This document shows positions 35,301 to 46,735 of a stretch of DNA of 64,000 bases, one piece after another. Source of the stretch: Oculina patagonica (lineage: Eukaryota); NCBI RefSeq assembly GCF_052425735.1, contig NC_135762.1, positions 7,192,001-7,256,000 on the forward strand, read 5' to 3'. A program made the position numbers and the translations under genes. Below the pieces are notes generated by a model. It searched no databases and was not told the DNA's origin. It saw only the letters and a program-made list of their open reading frames with translations. Positions within the stretch are counted from its first letter, which is position 1. Each line of letters opens with the position of its first letter.

Positions 35301-36743
35301 TTATGCTATCTCGATCGTCGATTTAAAATTTGTGAAATACAAGAATGTTTGTTCTTGTTGGGGATAAATGACGCCTTTCAACTTCTTTTGTATTATAAGA
35401 AGATAACAACATAAAAATCGAGATGGCCTAAGTTTTTTATTTTTATATTTCATACTTATGGAGGGTAGGCCTGCGCTCAGAAAGACAGAACCATAAAACA
35501 CTTTACTCAAAATAATGAAAGGCCTCGGGCGGAAATTGCCTTTTGCTCGGACACCCTAAGTGAGACCAAAAAATCCGCCCTAAGTGAGACGACTAGCATA
35601 TCCACCTCTTGCATATTGGAGCCATTCACCGGAAATTTTTGATGCCCACTTATCGCGAGGTTTTCCATCTTTGCTTGTTTACACGAAAATTCCAATGGAA
35701 CAAGGTTGAAGTGTTTTTTTGAGTCTCGACCGAAAAATCAAATAGACAAAAAGCCGATCGTCTAAACCATTATTTAAGATCCTCCATCCACGATCCTAAC
35801 TGCTTCAAAGCAAACAGAGTCTAGAATCCAGCCTCGCCAAAATTATCAATCGATAAGCAATCCACTGTATTTTCAACATCTGCATATCTGATTATCGTAG
35901 AATTCCGCAATCCGTGATCATTTTAAGGTGAAATTCGTTAATCCGCGAGCCTACTCACCCCCTCCCCCCCCCCCCCCCCCTGCTCTCAATAATGTTTAAA
36001 TTCTTTATGGCTACTTTTGAGGCTTAGTTTTCGCAACGTATTTTCCCTAAATCGTGCATTTAGTAACCAAGATTGTCACTATTATATTATGTAAGGTAAG
36101 GACATCGACCGCGAGCTGCAGATAAATGTACGTGTCAGCACAGGCAGACCACACTATGTGTTCGTGGTTAATAATCGTTCACATACGATTAACAAAAGAA
36201 ATATGTTGAAATCTATGAGTGTTATGAATAAAGCCCTGAAAATTACATTTCTTAATGAATCTCGTTCTATATATTTCAATAAAGGTGAATTAATGTTAAT
36301 TGACTCGCGTGTGGTGTTTTTTCGCGTTCCTGGGCCGTATTAAGCGTTTTTGTTTTATGTTACGTTCGGCCAAAGGCCGGTAAGAGGAGAAAAGGAGATG
36401 CACTCGACTAGATTAATTCCTGGTTGTCTTTTTTAGCCGACTGAATATCTCGTTTATGTTTAAAAGGCGAATCAAAAAAGTCGTTAATAATGCGGAACAA
36501 GCCATCCAACTTACCTTCATTCAAGGATTTGAAAACTGGAACTGTTGTTGTCTTTTGCTGGTTTTCTTCCAGAGCCAGAATTCTCTCATTGAGAGCTTTT
36601 AACTCATATGCTAGTCTCATAAAACCAACGCTGTAGAAAACCACGCTGATTAAAGTCAAAAAACAACAAAAAGCCACGAGAAGGCGAGAAGATCCGCTAC
36701 TGCCAGCACTCGTCATTGTGTATGGTACAGTAGTGTCTAACAT
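32366..36743 (-). pseudogene. CniFL-like copy C, pseudogene
   Basis: Exons 36743-36515, 35276-34657 (620 nt; 1-nt deletion in a C-run at ~34940), 34224-33688 (intact Ig2+Ig3) and FReD remnant 32920-32366. The FReD acceptor and first codons are replaced by a TE fragment, and there is a +1 frameshift at ~32605-32612. Confidence 0.88.
32921..33405 (-). mobile_element. One-ended Academ-like fragment replacing the 5' end of the copy C FReD exon
   Basis: Ends in GAGAGGCTGTGGACAGTCTA (TAG terminus on the minus strand), with an internal inverted partial copy at 33284-33297. Carries a coding remnant (TPKKPAKRGRK...FCRICGCSF...STENLF) fused directly to FReD sequence at 32920. Confidence 0.6.
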
Positions 36744-38818
36744 CTGAGGAAATCTTTGCCCAGCTTTAGCAATTTATGAAGCCAAAAAGGAAAGTAGCAT
36801 ATGTTGGCTTTTTGTCAAAACAAATTAAAAGATTGCCTTCGTTTTTCAGAGGTATTTCAGAGGTGTTTTAGAGGTGTTTCGGAGGCGTTTTAGCGGGAAA
36901 AAATGTTGCTTGCCGTAACCTGCTGCTCTCACTGCCAAAAAAATAAATACTGAGGTTAATTAGTTTACACATATATCAGGTTATACGGGAGCTGTAAATG
37001 ATTGATATGCTGTTTTGAACTGGCCAATCTTGGCCTTTTTTAGACGGAAGAAGTCTGTCGCTCACAATCAAAAATTCAGTGTTATCTCATTTATCCTTTA
37101 GACATTAAGGGCCATGAAGGAGTCAGTTTCTTAATCGTTGAAATGGTTTTACCTACTTGAGCCTGTACACTGCACTGAGTTTTCGTCAACGCACCCGTGC
37201 TAGAATTTGGGACGATTCCTCAACCGTTTATTGCCAATAGAATACAAGTACATTCAAATGAAAAAAATGATACCACTGTTGTAAAGCACCTAAAAAACTA
37301 ACTTAAATTTTAAGCCCAGAAAAAAAAACATTCGAGGCATGTTTGCTTTTTCTGCCCCTCAAATACATATCTTTTCTTAAATGTTCCGAAATATCGGTAA
37401 ATTTATAATAAAATCAAACAGGCATATGACGCGAATAAAGAAAATCATTGTCAACTCGGGATCTTGTTACAAAACACTCCGGATTCAACGAGTTGGCATG
37501 AGAAAAAGCGTGGCGCCGGAGATTGATTAGCAAGAAGCTGATCATATTTCGTGCTACAGGAACATGAGGGTTAGCGCTACATCCGCTTCATTCGTTTAAG
37601 ATTCGTTCAGTAAGACTTCTTTCTGTTACAGAAGTCTTCAGCAAATCGATAATAAATAGTTCACAGTAAATGAAACACTTTTTGTCGTATATTGTTGTTG
37701 CGAGCTTAACTTTTTTTGTTCTCAGTCTTAGTTGCTGAAAGCGCAAAGTAGCAATGTTAAAGAATCAGTTCCCGTTATTACATGTTATACATTAAATGTC
37801 AGTTCAGAGGATTTGATGACACGGCATCTTTATTGGTAAAAACTAGTGGATATGAGGCCACTCCTGAGCAGTTTTAAAGCTTTTCAAGACATAATGTATC
37901 TTAACATACTAATCAATATTCAGTGATAAAAAAATATAAACATAGAAGTCACCCGAGCTCTTTTATGAGTTATAAGCACTTCGAGCTGAAATTATAGGCG
38001 TTTTGACACGATAAAAGATGACCATAACTTGTTTGCCAATGGTTAGGCATTCGTTTGATGACATTATTTTAGCATCATCTGACATAGGGCGGATAATATC
38101 GATCCAACAAAGCACAACTGCTCTAAACCATTTCCACTTGTGCCTTCCAAACCACTTACACTAAAAGGGCAATAGGTTACATTGCAAATCTTTTTATTAT
38201 ACCATTTTTATATCGTGCTTGACATCATTATAACATCTACCTGTAGATCTTCAATGTTGATGAGGGAAGTAGTCCCCAGCTGATATGCTCACATGTGAAA
38301 AAATTTTACACAGAAAAAAATGTTGTCCACGGCTCTAAAAGCTCTACGTGCGAAATATATTTATGAAACAAAACATCCCTTTTTTTAGTACGAACTGCTT
38401 AGACTGCCGTATTCGAATTGTAAAACAGGTCCATTGAACAGTCGAGAAAGATGTATTAGTTTTTGGCGAGGAAACGCAAAATAAAGACCTGTATTAAAGA
38501 ATGTATTTTGACATTCCTTGACATTAAACCATTAATACTATTATTAATAAAGCAGTAAATTAACCAATCCTGACTCATCCTCTGAGTTCTTTTAATTTAA
38601 TTTCTCTGCAAACTGGTAAATGACGGAATCCCAGGGATGAGTTTGCTTGCCGCTTAATGATCGAAGACTTTCATTCAAACGAACACTTATAAAACAAAAT
38701 ATTTAAATTACAACGATAAAACTATTTATTGAACAGTAATTTTTGTAATTTTTTTTCATTGTCTTTTTTATCCTTTTGATATGTCCTTCCAGTTTTTCGT
38801 TTTTTTAATAGGCCTTGA

Positions 38819-41800
38819 TCAGGGAGATTTTGGTTTCAGTTTCATCTCACTTTCCTTGAGGTCCCAGTTCCACCGATAATAACTTCCTGCATATTGAGCG
38901 TTCAGAATATGACTGGTGCCACAGCTGCTATACCACCAAGCTCCGTAGGCTTTAGCACAGTCACTGCCGGTCGACTTGTCATTATCCCGATCCTTGGTAG
39001 AGAAAGGCATGCCGTTTACATACTGCTTAAGATAATCCGGTGCTGAGCCAGAATAGAAACCAACAAACAGCGTGTAGTTAGATGCCTCGTTAGTAACTGT
39101 GAAGTTGCCATATTTTGCATACCTTTGGAGACCTGATGTTGTGTTGATTTCCACTCGCAGCTGGCTCGGAATCTCAGTCAGTTGATGAATCTTTTCGTTT
39201 CCAAGCCAATACTCTCCTCTGACGTCACCAAACCCGTTTTTATACTCGTCCCAGCCCCTGTAGAATCCAACGAACCCATTGAAGCGTTTGTGAAAGACAG
39301 TCCATCCACCACCGTCCGTCTTCATGTCACAGTACACTTCAAAACTGGTTTTGTTTGTTGGGTTGACTGTGTACACTCCACTTTCCTTGAAGCCAGCAGA
39401 AAACAGCTCGGCGCAGTCTCGGGCTAAAAAAATAGAATGAATAAATGAATGACTGAAATGCAGAATTTTTGGCTAATACTCCAGCTGTCTTGTCCAATAA
39501 CTATAAGTACTGGCAACAAAGTTATCAAAATGTAGAAGTGGCTAACATAAATATAGAGTACAGGCGATCTAGTCAACCTATGTCTTAGTAACTTGAAAAA
39601 AATGCACAAAAATATTGAACAAACTGGACTATTCACAGCCCTCGAGCTCCATTTTTTTGTTCTGCATTTTTCTTCGACCGTTGAACGCAGGAAAAAAAAT
39701 ACGAGAGAACAGGACGCAAGGGAACAGTTTACTAGAAACTGACAGAAATAAAAGAGTTTTAATCTAAGGGATCGAGGAGAACGAGGTAATTTCAACATTT
39801 AAAGAATAAAAGAACGCATATATACTTATGATTTGCATATAGGAGATAACGCATGTGTACAGTGCTTACCAGTTTTAACAATCAGTTGCACCTCAGTCTC
39901 CACATGAACGAACTCGCTCCGTGCAGAGCAAATATAGGTTCCACTGTCTTTAGCCGTCAAACTGTTTATCTTCAGTTGTCCGCCTTCCACTTGAGAGCGT
40001 TCCTCTGGTATGTTTCCTTTGCATCGTGTCCACGTGATGCTGGGTAATGGGTGTCCGTCTGCGGAACAGTTCAATGTGACTGTCTGTCCATGGTAAAGTT
40101 CTATCTTGTCTGGCGGCTTGACTGTAAACTGAGGCACCACGTTGACTATCAGAGCTGTCATGGCGTGTGATGTACCCATGGCGTTGGTAGCAGTGCAGAT
40201 GTACGTTCCTGCGTCTTTCTTGTCTGTCTTTGTTATAGTCAAGGTCTGACCTTGAACGGTGGCTCTTCCACTAGGAAGTTGATCGAAGAGTTTGGTCCAA
40301 GATACCACCGGAGGGGGATATCCGATGACCCGGCACTTAGGGAGCTTGACATCTTTCCCGCTCTCGGCGTATATCGGTCCGTTAGGAAGGGAGATCAGAG
40401 GGCGAGCTGACACGAGAAAGTTATTATTTTAATTTTGTGTATAAAACCAGAAGCATATATATATGCTTCTGATAAAACAATATGAAGTATAGCAGATAAT
40501 GATCATAATTACATTGCTATACTTAAATAAAATGCAAGGAAATTTTTAAATTTTTTTATGTGCAATTATTTCCAAATTAAGGTCATTGCTTAGAATTGCA
40601 TTGCGCATCCTTTTTGCGCAGGATTTTACGGGTAACAAGCGCGCGCACGTAAACAAAATGGCGGCTTTTCTCTATCCGGTTGAGCTCGCGAGAGAGATAA
40701 ATCGTTGTTTTCTCGAAAATGACTGAGTACGGTGACCTATCAGTTTTTTCTCGTATTTTGAGTATAGTGATCTATAAAATGAATACAGATCAATTTTTAT
40801 GATTGAAAAATAAATTATTACCGGAAACGTGTACTTTGCCAGTCCTCGCAAGACTCTCGCAAGGGAATTATTAAGGAATTGTGCGGCATATACAAGGTCT
40901 TCCTGCTCCTAAACGAATGGCGATCCACCTTTTTTATTTCAAAATTCAATTTCCCTTAAGGTAATCAACTAGTATGCAAAGTTTGGCTGAAAATCTATGT
41001 TCAGTTCTATTTCGGGGGAATGACCTTAAAGAGTACATAGTCCTATACTAAATTGTAAGCCCGCGTGATCACTCTTCAATAATAAAAAAGAAAAAAAAAT
41101 GAGACGCGTGGAGACACGAGAAATTTGTTCTTGACAATAGGGCCTGCTGATAAACGCCAGATCGGGCTTGAGATCTTTCATACTTGCGATTAAATTTGTT
41201 TCTACTTTTTTCCGGCTGAGAAAGTTGAAACTTAAGTTTATACCTTGGACGTTGAGCGTCACAGAAGCCTGAGCTGTCCCCTGGTCAGTACGAATTGTAC
41301 ACACGTACATTCCATTATCACCGACTGTCGCATTCTTGACATGAAGCGTTCCTTTGATGATGGAATATCTTCCGGCGGGGAGGGAACCATCTTCTTTGGA
41401 CCACGTTACTGTCGCGTCAACATTTTTCTCTGGCGAACACTTGAACACTGCGGACTGATCCAGGGCAACGGTCCGAACTGCCGGCGTAACTTTAATCCCA
41501 GGGGCAGAGATAACATCCCCCGCCTGCCCCCTGAATGGCTGCAGGGACGTAGGAGTCGGTAAGGTGGGTTCTCCAGGTTCACCCTTTTGGCCTTTTATCC
41601 CTGGGGGTCCACGGAGACCCGGATATCCAGGGGATCCCTGTGGTCCTTGTGGTCCTATCTTTCCCGGAGGTCCCTGCACGCAAATCTGACTTTGGCTAGT
41701 GCAGATCTTTTGCGTTGCAGTGTAGACGGATTTGGTGATTTGTTGTTGAATCTCAGGAGCCAGAACGCCATTGTCTCCTTTGGGGGACTTGGAGGACTCA

Positions 41801-43963
41801 ACATCTCGTGGGCTTCTTTTCAGAGCTGAAGATCTGACTGTCTCGTCTTTCGAGGAGAGGATTTCTTTGAAAAAGCAGTAAAAAGTGTTACAATGATAAG
41901 TCTTACGTCCTGGACAGACAAATGTGAAATGCGCCATTTTTCACTGTTTGCTTTGGTATTAAAGGATCCCACAGCTTGCAGCCATTATTTAACGATATTG
42001 GAGAAACGTAAACTTCTTTTTTGTTATTTTTGTTATTTACGGGTTCGAATCCCGTCGAAAAGTTGATATCAGTTTTGCTAGGCTTCTTTTCCCCAATTGT
42101 TTAAATTGGTGGGATCACATTGAGGATCGTGTTATTGCTTAACGCTTACTGAGGTAACATCATGTGACGGTTGCCTTCAGAAGTTGTGGAGAAATAAATG
42201 TAAAGCATATAATCGAATTACTTATAACTACCGGGCGCCCGTTATAAACTCGAGCTCAAAACATTCTGTTATAGACCTTAGTGGGATGTTTTCCAATTAA
42301 AGGGCTTATCTAATTTTATTTTTAAGAGTAAAAACTGTTAAGATGTCAAAGATCGATAACTAAGGTTGGATTAGATGTCGGTAATTAAAATAATTAAATT
42401 GCTTTAGTGGAATTCAAAACACCCAGCCTAGGGTTACAATTTTGCAGCTATTAATAACGACTAGGATTTCTAGAAACTTCCCAAAATCTTCTAGTAATCT
42501 TCAGTGTGCTGATCAAACCGATAGACTAATTTTATTTCTCTTGCTTTCTGAAGGCAACCCAATCCAGCAAACATTACTCGTTAACGCCCTTTCCAGCTAG
42601 CATAGACTTTTAAAGAAAACATGTGAAAGATAACAGCGGGGCCCCTTTTCGTTGCGAGATAAACTTCCCTTCTGCCATAGATTGTCTTTCTTAAAAAGAC
42701 AATCAACAAAGAATCAAGCTTTGGGAATAGGGCGTTCACAGGCAATGTTTCTTGGCCGGGATTGCTCTCTCAACAGAAATAGAGATATTTCTCGCTAACG
42801 CCCCTTCCTGACAACATCGATTGCTGAAGAGAGCAGAAAACAGAATGGTACCTTTCCGTTCAGGATATTTAAATTCCAAAATATGCTTCCATATAATCCC
42901 ACAGATTGTTTTTCTAGCAACCTGAGGCCACGAAGCAAAAACGAAACAAAAGAATGAAGCTTTTGGGAAGGTGGGCGTCTACTGGTAATATTTTGGCCGG
43001 GGTTGCTTTCTCAAAAGAAATCATGCATTAGTTGCATTGGCTGAACGATTAAACCTGAAAATATACTTTACTTATTTAAGATATATTTTTCATCAATTTT
43101 GAAAGAAATACAGGAAATTGCTATAGCCAGCTTGTGATTATTTCGGGCCTGGCTTTGAGTCGAAAACTCGTTGAACACATGTACAGAAACGCCTTTGTCA
43201 CTTTTTACATTAAATTAATTATGGTAAAAAAAAAAATTAAGAGTTCTTAACCAATTCTTGGGCCTGGGCTACTATCGTAGGATGTTTCGATACATTTTGA
43301 CTTTTCTTAGTCTTCAAATTCTCATTAAAAATGGTAAAATAGAGTTCACTGATTTGTAAACTGTCGCTCTAGTAGCTTCCAGTGTGCTTGCTCGGTACGT
43401 GTGGATACATCCGATGCATTTATTTAACAGTTATTTTGCAAAATAACAATGTAAAAGTTTCAAAATTGTGGGTTTATGAATTAAAGAATGGGCTAGAACT
43501 ACCACACCAAATTTTCGACCTTGTCTTTGTTGCAACTTAGATGTCGTCTCTAGCTATTCGAGGCTATCTATTTGGCATGTACGTATACCATACTGAAAAC
43601 CGAGCTCTTTTGGCATATTGCAAGAAAAGCGATCATTCTTATTGGCCTTTTTTAAAAACTGCGAGACGCACATTAAGAGCGGAAAAGTTTACATAGCTTT
43701 CGAGGAAATAATAATGTAAGTTCCTCTCCATAATGAATTTAACAAAAAGACAGACTTAATGACTCACCGTTTGTTGCCGGAACAGGCGGAATGTGCGTTG
43801 TCGCTAACTCTTTTTCTCTTTGTTCGAGAGCCTCAAGTCTTTCCTTGTAAGCTCGTAGCTCCAACTCAAGCCTCACATAACCAACACAGTACAAAAAAAC
43901 GCTTGTAATCAAAACACAACAACAAACCACAAGAAGGCGGGAAGATCCACCAGCGCTCGTCAT
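38819..43963 (-). CDS. CniFL-like type II TM-collagen-3xIg-FReD protein, copy D (intact, ~652 aa)
   Basis: Exons 43963-43768 (196 nt), 41864-41244 (621 nt; AAG acceptor; KRSPR), 40406-39870 (537 nt) and 39423-38819 (605 nt; FReD). Total 1959 nt, continuous frame. Confidence 0.92.
40448..40471. mobile_element. 24-bp palindromic micro-insertion with 7-bp TSD
   Basis: ATAAAAC|CAGAAGCATATATATATGCTTCTG|ATAAAAC; a single ATAAAAC at the paralogous sites in copies B (~11258) and C (~34259). Confidence 0.85.
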
Positions 43964-44226
43964 TGTGAACTGCGCAACTGCCTTTCACAAATGATCTACA
44001 CAGAACTGAGGCAAATTATTTGTACCTTGGGCAATGATAACCTCGCACAGTCTGGATTTTTTTGATAACTTTGTGTGCCGACCGTAAATTAAATTACCTT
44101 GCTTATCCTAAGATGGGCAAGATAGAACTTGGTCGTTTTCCAAATAAAAACGTCTTGCAAATGCAATGCAGTGCCTATTTTTGTCTGCAGAGAAAGATCA
44201 AGAAGTACTTTCCTGGATATGCTGTC

Positions 44227-44658
44227 CCCAGGGGGGGGGGGGGTACTCAGAAAAAGTTTTATACGGGGAGGCTCCGCCTCAAGTTCTAACCCCTTACCCT
44301 TTTATATACCATTTTTGACAGAAATTGTACCCCTTTCGTATACCTTTAACTGAAAAAAGGTACCCCTTTCATATACCTAAGAGTCATGGCGTGGACTTAA
44401 AATAGGACGTTTTCTTGTCATTTTTATGTAGCGCTTAATAAATTAAAATAATACAGCCATAAATTGCGTCTGTTCGAAATATTTTAATTAAAGGCTCTTT
44501 TAAATAGCCAAATGACAGATTTCCATACCCTTTCATATACTTAAACTCGTGAAATCCCTACCCTTTTATATACCTAAAGCCTGAAAAAGGTACCCCTTTC
44601 GGGCGGAGCCTCCCCGTATAGGCCATTATAGGGAGTCCCCCCCCCCCCCCCCCCCGGG
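44227..44658. mobile_element. MITE with poly-G/poly-C termini, 8-bp TSD, ~260 bp upstream of the copy D ATG
   Basis: CCCAGGGGG...CCCCCGGG ends; TSD ATGCTGTC (44219-44226 / 44659-44666); empty site at ~16066 upstream of copy B. Confidence 0.82.
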
Positions 44659-45564
44659 ATGCTGTCTATGCTGTGTAGTATTGTGCCGACACAAATTAAG
44701 AGTATGGTTTTGGAACTGTTTAAGTCTGAAATAGAATTAGAGATTTTGACATTTTGGTTTTGAAATTGGAATAAGTTTTTGTGGGAAAATCCACACAGTT
44801 CCCATGAATACACTTCCTTGATTTTAAGAGACACTAATCTATCTATTAATAAATGAAAACGAGATACAGAGATGAAACTTTTCCAGACTAGATTGATAAG
44901 ACCGTTTCACCGTATTCACTAGAATGATAAGACCGTATCAGATCTGTAATAGCGTTCAAGTCACAGAATAGTATACGGATTTTACAATTAAAATGTTTGG
45001 TCTGAAATATTGTAAGGGCTCGGAAAACTTTCACGGTACCTCATCCAAAACAAATACAAGAAATGCCTCCTTCCTACCATTCCACTCCCCCCATTCCCAT
45101 TGCAATAGCCTTCAATCGGTCATCACAACACTGAATGGGTGTTTCTCGTGCGCACGAAAAGGTCGTAGTGGCTAAGGATATCGACTGATTGATTACGTTT
45201 AAAGTATTCCGGTGTTTATATCTTTTGGAACAGAAACTTTTCAATGAAAGGTTGATTAAAATGAAGGTGAAAGTTTAATCAAACAAGCAGAAGATATAAG
45301 CTGCATTTTTTCGTATTTTACAACACGCTCATGCATGCTGTCGATTCTACAATTGCAAGTGCCTTAGTTTTTTTCAAATGCAATTCTGTTTATACACAGT
45401 AAGAGGTAACTGTGGTTCATATGAATAATTCTTTTTAATGTCGAGTGTTAGTTTTGGCAGGAAATAGAGAGTGACGGTGCTCCGTGAAGGCTGATTAGTT
45501 GCTCAATATGAAAGTGGCCCTGGCGCGAATTTGCCGTTGAGAAACAGTTAGCAGGCGCTTACCG

Positions 45565-45704
45565 GTTTTTTTATGTTTTATTTTTTTATTCTTTTTTTTT
45601 TGATTAATGCTTACAACAATGCTTACAACAATACAATACACACAAGGAAGGAAAAAATTACAAGGTAAAATAAATGAAACAAAAAGAAACGATGTATTAC
45701 AAAT
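45565..45704 (-). mobile_element. 5'-truncated non-LTR retroposon 3' tail
   Basis: 12-bp TSD AGGCGCTTACCG (45553-45564 / 45705-45716); T-rich tract at the left end; empty site at ~16995. Confidence 0.75.
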
Positions 45705-46611
45705 AGGCGCTTACCGTTACTAACAGTTTGCTTGTGTGTTTTGCACATTGTACGCATTATTCATATTTAGGGTTGAGTTCGGCAAGCGTAAAGTTCATCA
45801 ACAGCTAACAGGACGGTGTTTGGTCAAATATGGAAGTTAAATTGTGTTCGATTGAGGCACGTTTAGCAAAGATTTCAGGCGATAACCTAAAGTGCATGTT
45901 TTTTTATCGCGGGGTACTTGTAATATTTTCACCCGTCTTCAATTAATATAACACCAGATTCTACGAGTTCACATAAAAATGCCTTGCGGCTCAAGGGCAG
46001 TCAGTAAGAACTGATCAAATTCAAAACTAAGAAATAATAAATGTCATAATTATATAGCTCTCAGTAAATCCTATATTGTCAGCGCAGCTTTTTTTCCTTA
46101 ATTTCTGAGAACTGTCCAATTTGGAATTAAATTTGGACAGTTTCAATTGGGACTTTCAGGTAAAATGCACAAAGAAAAATTGGACAGTTTTTCGCACCCA
46201 ATCAAATCGAAGGAAAAACAACATGTGACGGATATTAGCCAATTAGCACAAAGCATAGCGTCAGCCCTCTAAAGTTATCGCGGGATCTTCATTTAATATA
46301 ACACCAGATTCTACGAGTTCACATAAAAAATGCCTGGCAGCTGAAGGGCAGTCAGTAAGAATTGATCAAATTCAAAGCTAAGAACTAATAAATGCCATAA
46401 CATGCTCAGAACATGTGCTTCAATCCGCTCAAGGTGCTCTTGTTTGTGCTTCATGCTGTAACAAGAGTTGCCATCAAAATCTCTGTAACGAGTAGCTTAT
46501 AATTCATAAAATATTTCATGTCGCACCTGATAAGTAGATAGAACCTTACCTATTTCAAAAAAATACATTGATCAATTTTACTTGTTAGCCGTGTGCCTGC
46601 TGAGCGGTAGT

Positions 46612-46735
46612 GAGGCCCCATTAGGGGTTTTAGAGATACAGGATATTTGGGGAGAAAATTATAGGGATACGGGGGATATTTTAAGGCTAAAAACTAATGG
46701 GATACGGGATACTCGGACCCCCCTAATGGGGCCTC
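46612..46735. mobile_element. Small MITE with GAG..CTC termini
   Basis: 16-bp perfect TIR GAGGCCCCATTAGGGG; flanks GGTAGT / GATAGT (6 bp, one mismatch); internal GGGATAC repeats. Confidence 0.7.

Noticed and set aside
245-41829. Plus-strand ORFs repeated at 245, 996, 6939, 12721, 33908, 34658 and 41245
   Set aside because: Antisense shadows of the conserved minus-strand Ig/collagen exons.
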